DNA of 64,000 nucleotides from a virus: IMG/VR virus record IMGVR_UViG_3300029776_000155; one strand, 5' to 3'. Shown piece by piece: positions 39,394 to 48,639 of this stretch (position 1 is its first letter; each line of letters starts with the position of its first letter). The notes under the pieces were generated by a model. It saw only the letters and a program-made list of their open reading frames with translations, ran no database searches and was not told where the DNA came from. The position numbers and the translations under genes were made by a program.

Positions 39394-40659
39394 ATGAAAA
39401 AGAAATTTACTCCTGAAAATATTCAGGAACTTAAAGAGAATCAAATATTTGTTTTTGGCAGTAATATGAACGGCAACCATGCCGGTGGAGCAGCCAGATT
39501 AGCAGTTGAGAAATTCGGTGCAATCATGGGACAAGCCGAAGGATTGCAAGGGCAATCCTATGCTATTCCTACGCTGGATAAAGATATGGAGAAAGTTACG
39601 GAAGAAGATTTGATAACCTATTTGGGTAACTTACGGAATTTTGCCAACAAACATCCTGAAAAAGAGTTTCTTCTTACTGCCATTGGGACGGGAATAGCGG
39701 GGTTTGATACAAATTATATGGCATATATGGTTCTCAGAGCAAACCTTCCTGGTAATGTTACTATCCCGGAAGAATTCAGTAAGATAAAGGGGTTCAAAGG
39801 CTTCAATCCTGATATGACTTGCAGGGATTTTAAATATGAAGAGGGAAAAGATTACGAAGAACAAGGTGATATAAGCGCTTGTAGTAATGGTTTCCATTAC
39901 TGTCTTCATCCCTTAGATGTATTTGGCTATTATCCCCCTGCAAACATTGGTATGAACAAGTTCCATGAAGTTGAGGGAAGTGGGGATATGGATGTTGATA
40001 CAGATGATACCAAAATTGCTTGCTCAAAAATCCACATAGGAGCAGAGTTAAGTATTAAAAGTATTGTTGATGCGGCAATCAAGTTCACTTTCAGCAAATG
40101 TAAGTGGATAAAGGAAAATATTGCTACCGGCGACTATGGTGCTGCATCAGCTACTGGCAACCATGGTGCTGCATCAGCTACCGGCGACTATGGTGCTGCA
40201 TCAGCTACCGGCGACTATGGTGCTGCATCAGCTACTGGCAACCATGGTGCTGCATCAGCTACTGGCAACCATGGTGCTGCATCAGCTACCGGCGACTATG
40301 GTGCTGCATCAGCTACTGGCGACTATGGTGCTGCATCAGCTACTGGCAACTATGGTGCTGCATCAGCTACTGGCAACCATGGTGCTGCATCAGCTACCGG
40401 CGACCAAGGTGCTGCATCAGCTACTGGCTACCAAGGTGCTGCATCAGCTACTGGTAAAGAAAGCATAGCCCTTGCTGCCGGAAAGGATTGCAAGGCAAAG
40501 GGAGCATTAGGATGCTGGATTGTGCTTACTGAACGTGGAGAATGGGACGGGAACACTTATCCTATCATTTCAGTCAAAGCATTCAAAGTGGATGGTAAGT
40601 CAATCAAAGAGAATACTTTCTATTCTTTAGTGAATGGAGAGGCAGTGGAAATGAAATAA
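39394..40659 (+). CDS. protein with Rossmann/SLOG-like N-terminal domain, about 11x G(D/N)(Y/H)GAASATG decapeptide repeats and conserved C-terminal domain
   Basis: 421 aa. N-terminus IFVFGSNMNGNHAGGAARLAVEKFGA...SYAIPT looks like a nucleotide-binding Rossmann-like fold, but the family was not confidently recognised. The central repeats are encoded by a perfect 30-bp tandem DNA repeat. Confidence 0.6.
   Translation: MKKKFTPENIQELKENQIFVFGSNMNGNHAGGAARLAVEKFGAIMGQAEGLQGQSYAIPTLDKDMEKVTEEDLITYLGNLRNFANKHPEKEFLLTAIGTGIAGFDTNYMAYMVLRANLPGNVTIPEEFSKIKGFKGFNPDMTCRDFKYEEGKDYEEQGDISACSNGFHYCLHPLDVFGYYPPANIGMNKFHEVEGSGDMDVDTDDTKIACSKIHIGAELSIKSIVDAAIKFTFSKCKWIKENIATGDYGAASATGNHGAASATGDYGAASATGDYGAASATGNHGAASATGNHGAASATGDYGAASATGDYGAASATGNYGAASATGNHGAASATGDQGAASATGYQGAASATGKESIALAAGKDCKAKGALGCWIVLTERGEWDGNTYPIISVKAFKVDGKSIKENTFYSLVNGEAVEMK
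40121..40452 (+). repeat. 30-bp near-perfect tandem repeat, about 11 units (GGCGACTATGGTGCTGCATCAGCTACCGGC variants)
   Basis: Read directly from the sequence. Units differ only at the Asp/Asn and Tyr/His codons and at wobble positions. Degeneration occurs at the ends, producing Gln and Lys codons. Confidence 0.9.
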
Positions 40660-40833
40660 CAATTTATTCCAGCCGCATCAAAGGTAGTGTTATTACCGTA
40701 CTAAAAGCCGTGAGAGAAGCGAAGTGCACATCGTTTTAATAATTACGTATGGGAATAATATATGCTGTACCGTGAAACAAATGCTGCTGAAATAGAATGA
40801 TATAATAAAGTAAATTAATTGTGAAGTTATTAT

Positions 40834-41451
40834 ATGAAAACATCAAAATCATTCCATCAAGAGTACATTGAGAAAGCCAAAAAACTAATCCATGAAATCC
40901 TTGAAGATAAAAAAGAGTACGATGACTGGACTCAAATTTGTTTTTCCATGCAAAATGCAGTACAAGCTGCGGCTAATATATGGAGCACATCTTCTGATGA
41001 ACAAATATATAAAATGAAGGCTTTTGTAACAGAAATGGTTCTTACTGAACTTTCAAATCTCCGACAATTTGATATATCCTTCAAGAAGAAGGGGGCAGAA
41101 AAGAAAAAGTCATTAGACACATTGTATTGCCCAAAATGTGGAAGTAATAATGTTGAAGAAAGAGCATGGGTAAATCCAAACACAGATGAAATCAGATATA
41201 ATGATTCAGTTGAGGAAGAAGATTGCTGGTGTAATATTTGTGAAGAGCATGTAGAATTAAGCACTCTTTCAGAATTATGGGAAATGTTTGGGGATATTCC
41301 GGTCAACAATGATGACGAGATTGAAAAGGACTTTCTTAACTTCTTAGCCGGAACATCAAAGTTAGATGTCTGGCATTGGTTCGATGAACGGTGTCCCAAT
41401 AACCTGCACGATGATTTAATGTATCCTTCAAATAGCAACAATCATGGATAA
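40834..41451 (+). CDS. hypothetical protein with zinc-ribbon (CPKCG...CWCNICEEH)
   Basis: 205-aa ORF. Confidence 0.4.
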   Translation: MKTSKSFHQEYIEKAKKLIHEILEDKKEYDDWTQICFSMQNAVQAAANIWSTSSDEQIYKMKAFVTEMVLTELSNLRQFDISFKKKGAEKKKSLDTLYCPKCGSNNVEERAWVNPNTDEIRYNDSVEEEDCWCNICEEHVELSTLSELWEMFGDIPVNNDDEIEKDFLNFLAGTSKLDVWHWFDERCPNNLHDDLMYPSNSNNHG

Positions 41452-41863
41452 ATCTATAAAACAAATAGAGCAAGAGTTGTTTAATCTCGAACAAGAGAAA
41501 AATAAGCTGGAGAAAATATTGATTGATGCGATTTCTTCCGCAATGTTAAAGGTTGCTCAAAATAAACCTATGCAGCGAATTAGTAAGCATTGTTTTGTGA
41601 TTTGTTTTTCAGATATGGTCGAGAATCCCTGGGATCCTGGGTTTTACGACTGGGAGAAATCCATCAGTATCATTTTGAAGTTTTTAAGACCTAAGCCGGC
41701 AAAAGAGTGGGTTTGCTCATTGGTTGCAAAATTGGGAGGCACACCAAAGAATCAGCCGGTTGTTTTTGAATACCGTAAGAAAAGTTTCGACGTGATGTAT
41801 TCAAAGAAAATTCCAGTGTCTCGGATATTTATTGAGCAAATAATCAAAGAATTAAATCGGTAA
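41444..41863 (+). CDS. hypothetical protein
   Basis: 139-aa ORF, overlaps the upstream stop. Confidence 0.35.
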   Translation: MDKSIKQIEQELFNLEQEKNKLEKILIDAISSAMLKVAQNKPMQRISKHCFVICFSDMVENPWDPGFYDWEKSISIILKFLRPKPAKEWVCSLVAKLGGTPKNQPVVFEYRKKSFDVMYSKKIPVSRIFIEQIIKELNR

Positions 41864-41868
41864 CAATC

Positions 41869-43014
41869 ATGAAAAATAAGATATATACTCGTTCAGTCAC
41901 AATTCGTGACAACGACATGAACCGTTGGGGTATTACATTTGAAGTCCGTGAGGTAGACCCTTGTACAAAACGAAACATTGACACTCTTGAAGAGTTTGTA
42001 GAACACTTTGAAGTATCAGTGCGTGCTGAAGGTTGCGGTAGCTACGGTCAATGTTATGGCAGGATAACACCAAGAACACCTGGACAAAAAGACTTGCTTG
42101 ATTTTTGGAATAAATACCATTGTGCCAGTATAGCAAGTGGGACCAGAGCACAAGAGAAATATCTTCATGGAGAACAATATAAAAAAGATTTTGATGGATT
42201 CATCAAACTGTTTTCCGGATACGATGAAAATTTCCGTAAACAGTTTGATGCCACATCATTCAATATCATGTGTAAGTTTTATCAAGTACAACTCGAACAC
42301 ATGCCTACATTGAGAGGAGTGATTTCAAGATATGCAGATGGTAATCCTATCGAATATATTCTTGGGCTTAACCCAAAACGAATCAGACATGATGCCAATG
42401 ACTTGTATGTAAAATACATTTTTCTGGCGATCAGAGGGCTGTATATCGACAAAGGTTACAAATATGGAACTGATTGGCTTTACTTGCCCATTCCAGAAGA
42501 TATATGCAAAAGAATAGATGATTTGTGCGAAGTATTACAAAAAGAAGAAGAAGATTTGTCTCAAAGCTTCGCTGTTCCAGGCGATTTTGACATGAGTGGT
42601 AATTTTGAAGCTACAAAAGATATTGTTGAAAAAGTTATGGAAATGCGTGATTGTGATGAAGAGGAAGCTAAACGGTTTGTAGCTCTTGGGATTCATTTGC
42701 AATTGACATTTGGTGATTTAGATGATACATTTCAATCGAATGGCGACTGCTTATATCAAGCAAATGGGACGGAATATTATATAGGTACAGAAGAAGAGTT
42801 AGAACAATTAGCCAGTGACATAGTACATAATAATGATGAGTATGAATATTTTTGGCGTGAGGCGGTTGCGGCCCAAAATACAATAGATTCTTTGGAAGAC
42901 TGGTTGGATTCTATAATTTCCATAGACGGCTGGTGCTCTGTTTTAAATCATTGGGATGGTGAATACAAAAGTTATAAGATAGCTGGAGAATATATTTGTG
43001 TTTGTAGGTCATAA
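41869..43014 (+). CDS. hypothetical protein
   Basis: 381-aa ORF, acidic C-terminal half. No domain recognised. Confidence 0.45.
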   Translation: MKNKIYTRSVTIRDNDMNRWGITFEVREVDPCTKRNIDTLEEFVEHFEVSVRAEGCGSYGQCYGRITPRTPGQKDLLDFWNKYHCASIASGTRAQEKYLHGEQYKKDFDGFIKLFSGYDENFRKQFDATSFNIMCKFYQVQLEHMPTLRGVISRYADGNPIEYILGLNPKRIRHDANDLYVKYIFLAIRGLYIDKGYKYGTDWLYLPIPEDICKRIDDLCEVLQKEEEDLSQSFAVPGDFDMSGNFEATKDIVEKVMEMRDCDEEEAKRFVALGIHLQLTFGDLDDTFQSNGDCLYQANGTEYYIGTEEELEQLASDIVHNNDEYEYFWREAVAAQNTIDSLEDWLDSIISIDGWCSVLNHWDGEYKSYKIAGEYICVCRS

Positions 43015-43028
43015 AACATTGAATTATA

Positions 43029-43397
43029 ATGGAATATATTAAGCATTCTGATTTTAGTGCCATGTGTGACAAAATTAGAAAAATGGAAGCGGAAGAACTG
43101 GTATTAGCATTGCAAGCTCATGGTGGCAAATTTGTTTGGGTTGACGACGATAACAATGAGGAATTATTATACGAACCGCCTACAATCATGGTCAATACGG
43201 ATGAAGGCCCCATGGACGTTGTGGTTTATGAAGCACGGCTGAATAATGGACATATCAACTTGTTGGCTTACGATAAAGAATGGGGCAACAAGCAACATAT
43301 CGAGCTGGAGTATATTGCCACCGGACATCTTGCATATCTTATAGAATACATGCCTGTTACAGACAAAGTAAAATCTGTAGCAATAAACGATGATTAA
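43029..43397 (+). CDS. hypothetical protein
   Basis: 122-aa ORF. Confidence 0.35.
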   Translation: MEYIKHSDFSAMCDKIRKMEAEELVLALQAHGGKFVWVDDDNNEELLYEPPTIMVNTDEGPMDVVVYEARLNNGHINLLAYDKEWGNKQHIELEYIATGHLAYLIEYMPVTDKVKSVAINDD

Positions 43398-43572
43398 TAT
43401 GGGACATAAAAAGACGATTGATTATTGGAGACATCCCACCTATTTTGAAATTAAATCTGGAGAGGGAGCTATCCATTGGTTAACAATTGATATAGAAAAG
43501 GTACTAAAGCCTGATGGAAGTTTAAAAAAATGGTTTGTCCATACAGATGGATTACGATATAACCGACCATGA
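43390..43572 (+). CDS. hypothetical small protein
   Basis: 60-aa ORF. Confidence 0.25.
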   Translation: MINMGHKKTIDYWRHPTYFEIKSGEGAIHWLTIDIEKVLKPDGSLKKWFVHTDGLRYNRP

Positions 43573-43621
43573 AGAAAGGTTGTTCTTGTATAAAACAGGA
43601 ACAACCTTTATGTTAATATAC

Positions 43622-43665
43622 AGTTAAAGTGGACAACTATTCACACCATACAAGTAAACAAAATC
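43622..43665 (+). promoter_or_regulatory. conserved upstream element, copy 2 (TAAAGTGGACAACTATTCACACC...AAACAAAAT)
   Basis: Matches the block at 36965-37015. Lies just upstream of the HTH gene at 43690. Confidence 0.4.
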
Positions 43666-43689
43666 TATTCAAATTAAAGCTGCGATAAA

Positions 43690-43998
43690 ATGCCGTTAAA
43701 AATAGAAGACATAAAATTGGCAGGAACCAGGTTTGATGGCCGTGCTAAGTTGTCCCCAGAACAACGCCAGGCCATTCAGATTTTGGCCCGTGAAGGATAT
43801 AGTCAAAGAAAGTTGGCCGCAATGTTTAATGTAAGCAAACGGCTTATACAATCTATACTATCTCCCCCTACACGCAAGACTTACAAACAATATCCAACTG
43901 AATATTGGACTGAGTTAAAACGAAAATATCGTAAAAAGAAAATTGATTTATATAAAAATGGAAAGATCAAGTTTAATAACAAGCTGAAAAATAAATGA
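43690..43998 (+). CDS. helix-turn-helix DNA-binding protein
   Basis: 102 aa. The HTH region SPEQRQAIQILAREGYSQRKLAAMFNVSKRLIQSIL resembles a sigma-70 region 4/resolvase HTH. The tail is basic. Confidence 0.5.
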   Translation: MPLKIEDIKLAGTRFDGRAKLSPEQRQAIQILAREGYSQRKLAAMFNVSKRLIQSILSPPTRKTYKQYPTEYWTELKRKYRKKKIDLYKNGKIKFNNKLKNK

Positions 43999-44261
43999 GA
44001 CGCAAGCGTATCAAGCGTGTAGCTAACATTGATTTTGGCTATCGTTCAATTACTGGCGCAAAGCAACATATAAAAGTATTCTTGAAATCGCTTCTTTCGC
44101 AAATAGGGCTACAACAAGGAATAGACTATGCAGTAACAGCTAATCATTTGCGAATTAGACATGTGAAAAATATTACAGGAAAAATAACCACTACACTTAA
44201 AGAGATATTCCCAGTATTCAATTTTTATTGGAAGACTCCAAGATTATTAGTGTGGTTCTAA
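43995..44261 (+). CDS. hypothetical protein
   Basis: 88-aa ORF. Confidence 0.3.
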   Translation: MRRKRIKRVANIDFGYRSITGAKQHIKVFLKSLLSQIGLQQGIDYAVTANHLRIRHVKNITGKITTTLKEIFPVFNFYWKTPRLLVWF

Positions 44262-44284
44262 AATCAATATTGCTAATAACAAGT

Positions 44285-44509
44285 ATGGAAAATTTAAAAT
44301 TTAGTGTTGGAGATAATGTGAAAATTGTATCCAATGATCTGCAACCAGAAATGGTTGGAAAAATTGGTCGAATAAAGAAAGTGTACCCGTCATTTTCTGA
44401 AGATTCAGATAACAATATTCACCCTTCTTACTTTTATCGTGTTGAAGTAGGAGGAACTGTCTTAAAAGGAATTGCTACAAACGAAGATCTAAAAAGTGTA
44501 TCACATTAA
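44285..44509 (+). CDS. hypothetical small protein
   Basis: Start set at the internal Met MENLKF to avoid overlap. The track ORF starts at 44228. Confidence 0.3.
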   Translation: MENLKFSVGDNVKIVSNDLQPEMVGKIGRIKKVYPSFSEDSDNNIHPSYFYRVEVGGTVLKGIATNEDLKSVSH

Positions 44510-44569
44510 AGAATCATGGTGCAAGATGTGTGTTTCGGAAGACAATCGGGAACGGAATGAAAGGAAGAA

Positions 44570-44758
44570 ATGAAAACAGTTAAACTTTCCAATTTAAAAG
44601 TCGGCGACCTTTTCATCCATAAAGGAGCAGTATACGAAATTATTGCAAAGGATAAATGGACTTCTTGTTGTAGATATTTAAATGACAAGTATCGCTTTGG
44701 TAGTTGGTGTCAATACTTGTATTGTGATTTTAGTAATTACACAAAAGTGGAAATTTAA
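44570..44758 (+). CDS. hypothetical small protein
   Basis: 62-aa ORF. Confidence 0.25.
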   Translation: MKTVKLSNLKVGDLFIHKGAVYEIIAKDKWTSCCRYLNDKYRFGSWCQYLYCDFSNYTKVEI

Positions 44759-44774
44759 TATTAACATATTGATT

Positions 44775-45200
44775 ATGAAACAGACAGTAGAAGAAGCTGC
44801 AAAGGAAGCAAGAATGGCAAGTGCCGAAACATTGACCACCTATGGTACACATACGTCACTTGATGATTTTACATATTTATCCCATGATGAAATTGCAGAA
44901 GCTGCATTTATAAAAGGTGCAGACTGGCAGGCAAAGCAATCTCCGTGGATAAGCGTTGAGGACAAGGCTGGTTGTGACACATCTGGCGACTGTATTGTAA
45001 TGGTTATGAATGGTGATATATTCAAAGCGTATTTTTCATCTGAAAACAAATGGATGAAAAGTGATGGCGGCTATTATGATGAAGTGATAGATGATGTTGT
45101 TGCATGGTTTCCCACCCCCTCTTTCGATGATATACTCGAAGCCAACAAGGATGTACTGGAACGGATTAAGGAGAAAGGAGTGAAAAATGAAATATCATAA
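44775..45200 (+). CDS. hypothetical protein
   Basis: Start set at MKQTVEEAAKEA. The track ORF starts at 44682. Confidence 0.35.
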   Translation: MKQTVEEAAKEARMASAETLTTYGTHTSLDDFTYLSHDEIAEAAFIKGADWQAKQSPWISVEDKAGCDTSGDCIVMVMNGDIFKAYFSSENKWMKSDGGYYDEVIDDVVAWFPTPSFDDILEANKDVLERIKEKGVKNEIS

Positions 45201-45346
45201 AGTAAAGAAAAAGCAAAAATTTGAAAGGGTTTGTTACAACTGTAAGCATTATTATAAATGTACTGACAGATTTAACAAAGATACTATAAACTGTGATAAA
45301 TTCAAATTTAAAGCTTTATGCAAGAGTGTTTAAAAAGGAGTGAGAA

Positions 45347-45763
45347 ATGAAAACAAAACAAGTATTATCAGTCGAACAGATGAAGCATTTGAAGGAGCTT
45401 GGGCTGGACACAAGCGATGGAAGCATGTGTTGGTGCTACGCTCTTTTTGGTAAAAATGCAAAATGGGAACTTGAAATATATGAAGATGTAATTGATCAAA
45501 AACGAGATAGTGCATTTTGGGAAATAATTCCCACTTACACCTTGCAGGACATTTTTGATAAGCTGCCGCGATACATAAATGTCTTCTGTATAACGTATAA
45601 GCTGTGCGTTGAGCCTCTTTTTGCTGGTCCTTGGGCTATAAGTTATCAAAAAAGCATGTCTGAACCATTCATCGTTAAAGTTTCCGGAAATCTATTGGAT
45701 GCAGCCTACGAGATGCTGTGCTGGTGTATTGAAAATGGGTATATTAAAACTAATCAGTTATGA
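45347..45763 (+). CDS. hypothetical protein
   Basis: 138-aa ORF. N-terminus loosely resembles the ORF at 47583-47984. Confidence 0.35.
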   Translation: MKTKQVLSVEQMKHLKELGLDTSDGSMCWCYALFGKNAKWELEIYEDVIDQKRDSAFWEIIPTYTLQDIFDKLPRYINVFCITYKLCVEPLFAGPWAISYQKSMSEPFIVKVSGNLLDAAYEMLCWCIENGYIKTNQL

Positions 45764-46047
45764 AAGCAAGAATAAAATCAACCGGAGAGATTGTAGAGGT
45801 TGAAGACTTATATGATGATGGGACTGCCTTAGTGAATGGTAGGTATTTCAAAGTGTCAGAACTCGACTTCTTTGATAATTTTGAAACTATTGATTGGGAG
45901 CAAAGGCGTTATGAATTGGCAAAATCTGCTATGCAAGGGTATTGTATTGCTTTAGGAATAAACGATGACAGTGAAACTTATGATGATATTGCAATAGGCT
46001 CTTTGAGGGTGGCTGATGCACTAATAAATAAATTGAAAGGGAAATAA
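45760..46047 (+). CDS. hypothetical protein
   Basis: 95-aa ORF, 4-nt overlap. Confidence 0.3.
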   Translation: MKARIKSTGEIVEVEDLYDDGTALVNGRYFKVSELDFFDNFETIDWEQRRYELAKSAMQGYCIALGINDDSETYDDIAIGSLRVADALINKLKGK

Positions 46048-46049
46048 CC

Positions 46050-46241
46050 ATGGATATAGAAGAAGTAAAAAACAAGAAAGCGAAAGCCGAAATGGAGATA
46101 GCTCATATTCTGGAAAAACTTGAAGCCGAAACGGGTTTAAAAGTCAGCAACATGTTTTATATATGCAGAGAAAAGGATAAATCTGCGTTAGCTGTTTCCC
46201 CCATAGAGCATATAAAAACCAATATAATCTTAACGTTGTAA
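46050..46241 (+). CDS. hypothetical small protein
   Basis: 63-aa ORF. Confidence 0.25.
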   Translation: MDIEEVKNKKAKAEMEIAHILEKLEAETGLKVSNMFYICREKDKSALAVSPIEHIKTNIILTL

Positions 46242-46302
46242 TCATGGAAATTTCCGATAGGTTATCAGTTGATATAAGCCTTAAAAAGAAGGAGGGGTAA
46301 AT

Positions 46303-46497
46303 ATGCAGAATGAAATTTCGTGGAACGAAAATACTTATTATAAGATTTACAATCCATATAGTGATATTTCTCCTTTAGAACCGTGTGATGCACCCAAAAT
46401 GAAAAAATATCGCCCAAAAGATGATAGGTGTACAAACAAGCAGATTGCGAAACGCAGGAAGAAGAATAAAAACCGTAAAACGCATAGGAGAAAATAA
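46303..46497 (+). CDS. hypothetical small protein with highly basic C-terminus
   Basis: 64 aa ending KRRKKNKNRKTHRRK. Confidence 0.3.
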   Translation: MQNEISWNENTYYKIYNPYSDISPLEPCDAPKMKKYRPKDDRCTNKQIAKRRKKNKNRKTHRRK

Positions 46498-46499
46498 TC

Positions 46500-46703
46500 A
46501 TGGAAATAAAGAACGGAATAATAATAGACGGAGTGCTGCATGTATTGAAGGAAGCGAAACATGATTATTGTTTAAAATGTTCGTTACGGAATAAATGCGA
46601 TAATAGCGATTATCTTATTTGTGATATGTTTGGCGCGGGTCATGATGATTATTTTATCAATTGTGGCAAAGTAACAGATATTAAGATAGATAAGGAGGAA
46701 TAA
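46500..46703 (+). CDS. hypothetical small Cys-containing protein
   Basis: 67-aa ORF. Confidence 0.25.
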   Translation: MEIKNGIIIDGVLHVLKEAKHDYCLKCSLRNKCDNSDYLICDMFGAGHDDYFINCGKVTDIKIDKEE

Positions 46704-46705
46704 CT

Positions 46706-47125
46706 ATGGGATTTACAACACCGTGTTTCATACGTAAAAATACTGCTAATATTAGAAATAGATTAGAAGAATTTGGTTACTATTGTAATCCATATGTAGG
46801 TTGGCGTAATTTATACTACAATTTATGCACTTGTATATTTGGAGCTAATATGGTTTATTCATTGGACGATGATGATACAGATGATCTTGAAAAAATAGAT
46901 GGTCTTATTGATTGTGGAATGAATGAGGAACTTTTCCTTGCTATCGCTGCATTGAGGGATGATACAGACAAGTACCAATGGTTTACGGATGGAGATAAAT
47001 GGATTCTGTGTCCTGAAATCAAGTTCTCTACCTATTGGGCTTACAATGATGTTGACATTAACACGGATACCATTCACAAGGCTACCGTAAACGAACTGAT
47101 TGAACACTTTAAAGAAAAAGAATGA
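46706..47125 (+). CDS. hypothetical acidic protein
   Basis: 139 aa, Asp-rich (DDDDTDDLEKIDGLID...). Confidence 0.35.
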   Translation: MGFTTPCFIRKNTANIRNRLEEFGYYCNPYVGWRNLYYNLCTCIFGANMVYSLDDDDTDDLEKIDGLIDCGMNEELFLAIAALRDDTDKYQWFTDGDKWILCPEIKFSTYWAYNDVDINTDTIHKATVNELIEHFKEKE

Positions 47126-47580
47126 AAGCACATGTAATGAAACTTGAAAACAATTGTGTGATTGTTGACGAGGAATATTTTAATGAGATAAAGAAGGAGT
47201 CAGAATTTAACCAGGAAAGGATAAATGAGATTGCCGAGGAAAAGTTTTTGAAATATGTCAAAGAAAGCGGCATCAAACTTTCCTATAAAGTAAACGATAT
47301 ACCTTATCTTTTTCACCACGACTTGTTGTATGAAATAAATTATGATGAGAGAGGTTATCCCGAATCTGTGTTAGAAAAGGTGAAGCATGTTATTGCAGAC
47401 GATATAACAGAGGCTTTGAACGACAAGTTTAAAGGACTGAAAGACGAGGCTTTGAATTACGCAATAAGCGAGTTTGACAAGCGGAAATACGGTTTGGAGG
47501 CTACTGCAAAAATATGGAAATGTATTGCATTAATCTTTTTCATTATGACTATTGTTTCAACAACTGCATTATTTATATAG
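47122..47580 (+). CDS. hypothetical protein with C-terminal TM
   Basis: 152-aa ORF. Confidence 0.35.
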   Translation: MKAHVMKLENNCVIVDEEYFNEIKKESEFNQERINEIAEEKFLKYVKESGIKLSYKVNDIPYLFHHDLLYEINYDERGYPESVLEKVKHVIADDITEALNDKFKGLKDEALNYAISEFDKRKYGLEATAKIWKCIALIFFIMTIVSTTALFI

Positions 47581-47582
47581 TT

Positions 47583-47984
47583 ATGACCGAAGAACTTGTA
47601 ACGTTAGAAACAGCGAAGCTGCTGAAAGAGAAAGGTTTCAATTGGAAGTGTGAACACCTAATAGACCGTAATAAGGTTATTACAAAATATGACCTTCCGC
47701 AAAGTATGTCGTGTTGTACGGAAATAGATAACGAATCAGTTGAATTTTTGTGTCCAACATTGTATATCGCCCAAAAGTGGCTGCGTGAAATAAGAGGTGT
47801 GTATGTATATGTAGAACCTGTTATTGGAAAAAGATGGAAGCTTTCTTTTTGTGATTTCAATGTTCCAGCAGAAGAAAGCGACTGGATGGAGAACGAAATA
47901 AATAAAGGGAATGGCTATAAAGTATATGTCACCTACGAGGAAGCACTTGAAGCCGGATTACAGAAAGCATTAAAACTTATATGA
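47583..47984 (+). CDS. hypothetical protein
   Basis: Start set at MTEELVT. The track ORF starts at 47514. Confidence 0.35.
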   Translation: MTEELVTLETAKLLKEKGFNWKCEHLIDRNKVITKYDLPQSMSCCTEIDNESVEFLCPTLYIAQKWLREIRGVYVYVEPVIGKRWKLSFCDFNVPAEESDWMENEINKGNGYKVYVTYEEALEAGLQKALKLI

Positions 47985-48175
47985 TTATGAGAAGATTTAT
48001 ATATATACTGGTTTCTATCATTATATCATATCTAATTTGTGTACATGAATATAATACGTGGAATTTCATTGTCGGGTTAGAACCTTCACCAGCTTGCGAA
48101 AGATTAGCCAAATACGCTTTTTATTTCGTGATATGGTATTGGGTTGCGAAAGCTATTGATTTGTTTAATGATTAA
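47981..48175 (+). CDS. small membrane protein
   Basis: 64 aa, two TM segments. Confidence 0.3.
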   Translation: MIMRRFIYILVSIIISYLICVHEYNTWNFIVGLEPSPACERLAKYAFYFVIWYWVAKAIDLFND

Positions 48176-48194
48176 CGAATAAGAGTATATAATT

Positions 48195-48446
48195 ATGAAA
48201 GCACACCTAATATTTTTTCTTACAATATTCATTATATCAGCATTATTCATCGGGCATTTCCGGTTGACATTCTCACCGTTCAGTGTATCCTTTCTCTATT
48301 GGCATAGGACTGTAGGAGTTATTCTTATCGTTGCAGGATGCTTGGTTTACAACATAGGTGAGCATATATCAGGCTACAAGAAAGGACTGGATGAAGGTAT
48401 GGAGATTGTTTTGAAAGAGTTAAAAGAAAGATACAACCATGGATAG
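48195..48446 (+). CDS. small membrane protein
   Basis: 83 aa, TM segments. Confidence 0.3.
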   Translation: MKAHLIFFLTIFIISALFIGHFRLTFSPFSVSFLYWHRTVGVILIVAGCLVYNIGEHISGYKKGLDEGMEIVLKELKERYNHG

Positions 48447-48639
48447 AAAAGAATACCAGGAACACTGCAAGCATTACAGCCCCTACAGTGGGCAGTGCTA
48501 CAAAAAGTCATTCATATCGAGTATGGCAAGTAATATGTATGTGAACATGCGGTGTGACGGGAAATGCCCCCGTATGAGTAATTACGACAAGAGAAACGGA
48601 ATATTAACTGATAAAGAAAGAACAGATGAATCTAAATGA
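48439..48639 (+). CDS. hypothetical small Cys-rich protein
   Basis: 66-aa ORF. Confidence 0.25.
   Translation: MDRKEYQEHCKHYSPYSGQCYKKSFISSMASNMYVNMRCDGKCPRMSNYDKRNGILTDKERTDESK

Noticed and set aside
40104-40468. Two overlapping 115-117-aa ORFs (WCCISY... and MLPATMVLHQL... repeats) in alternative frames.
   Set aside because: Artefacts of the 30-bp perfect tandem repeat. The real reading frame is that of the 421-aa protein at 39394-40659.
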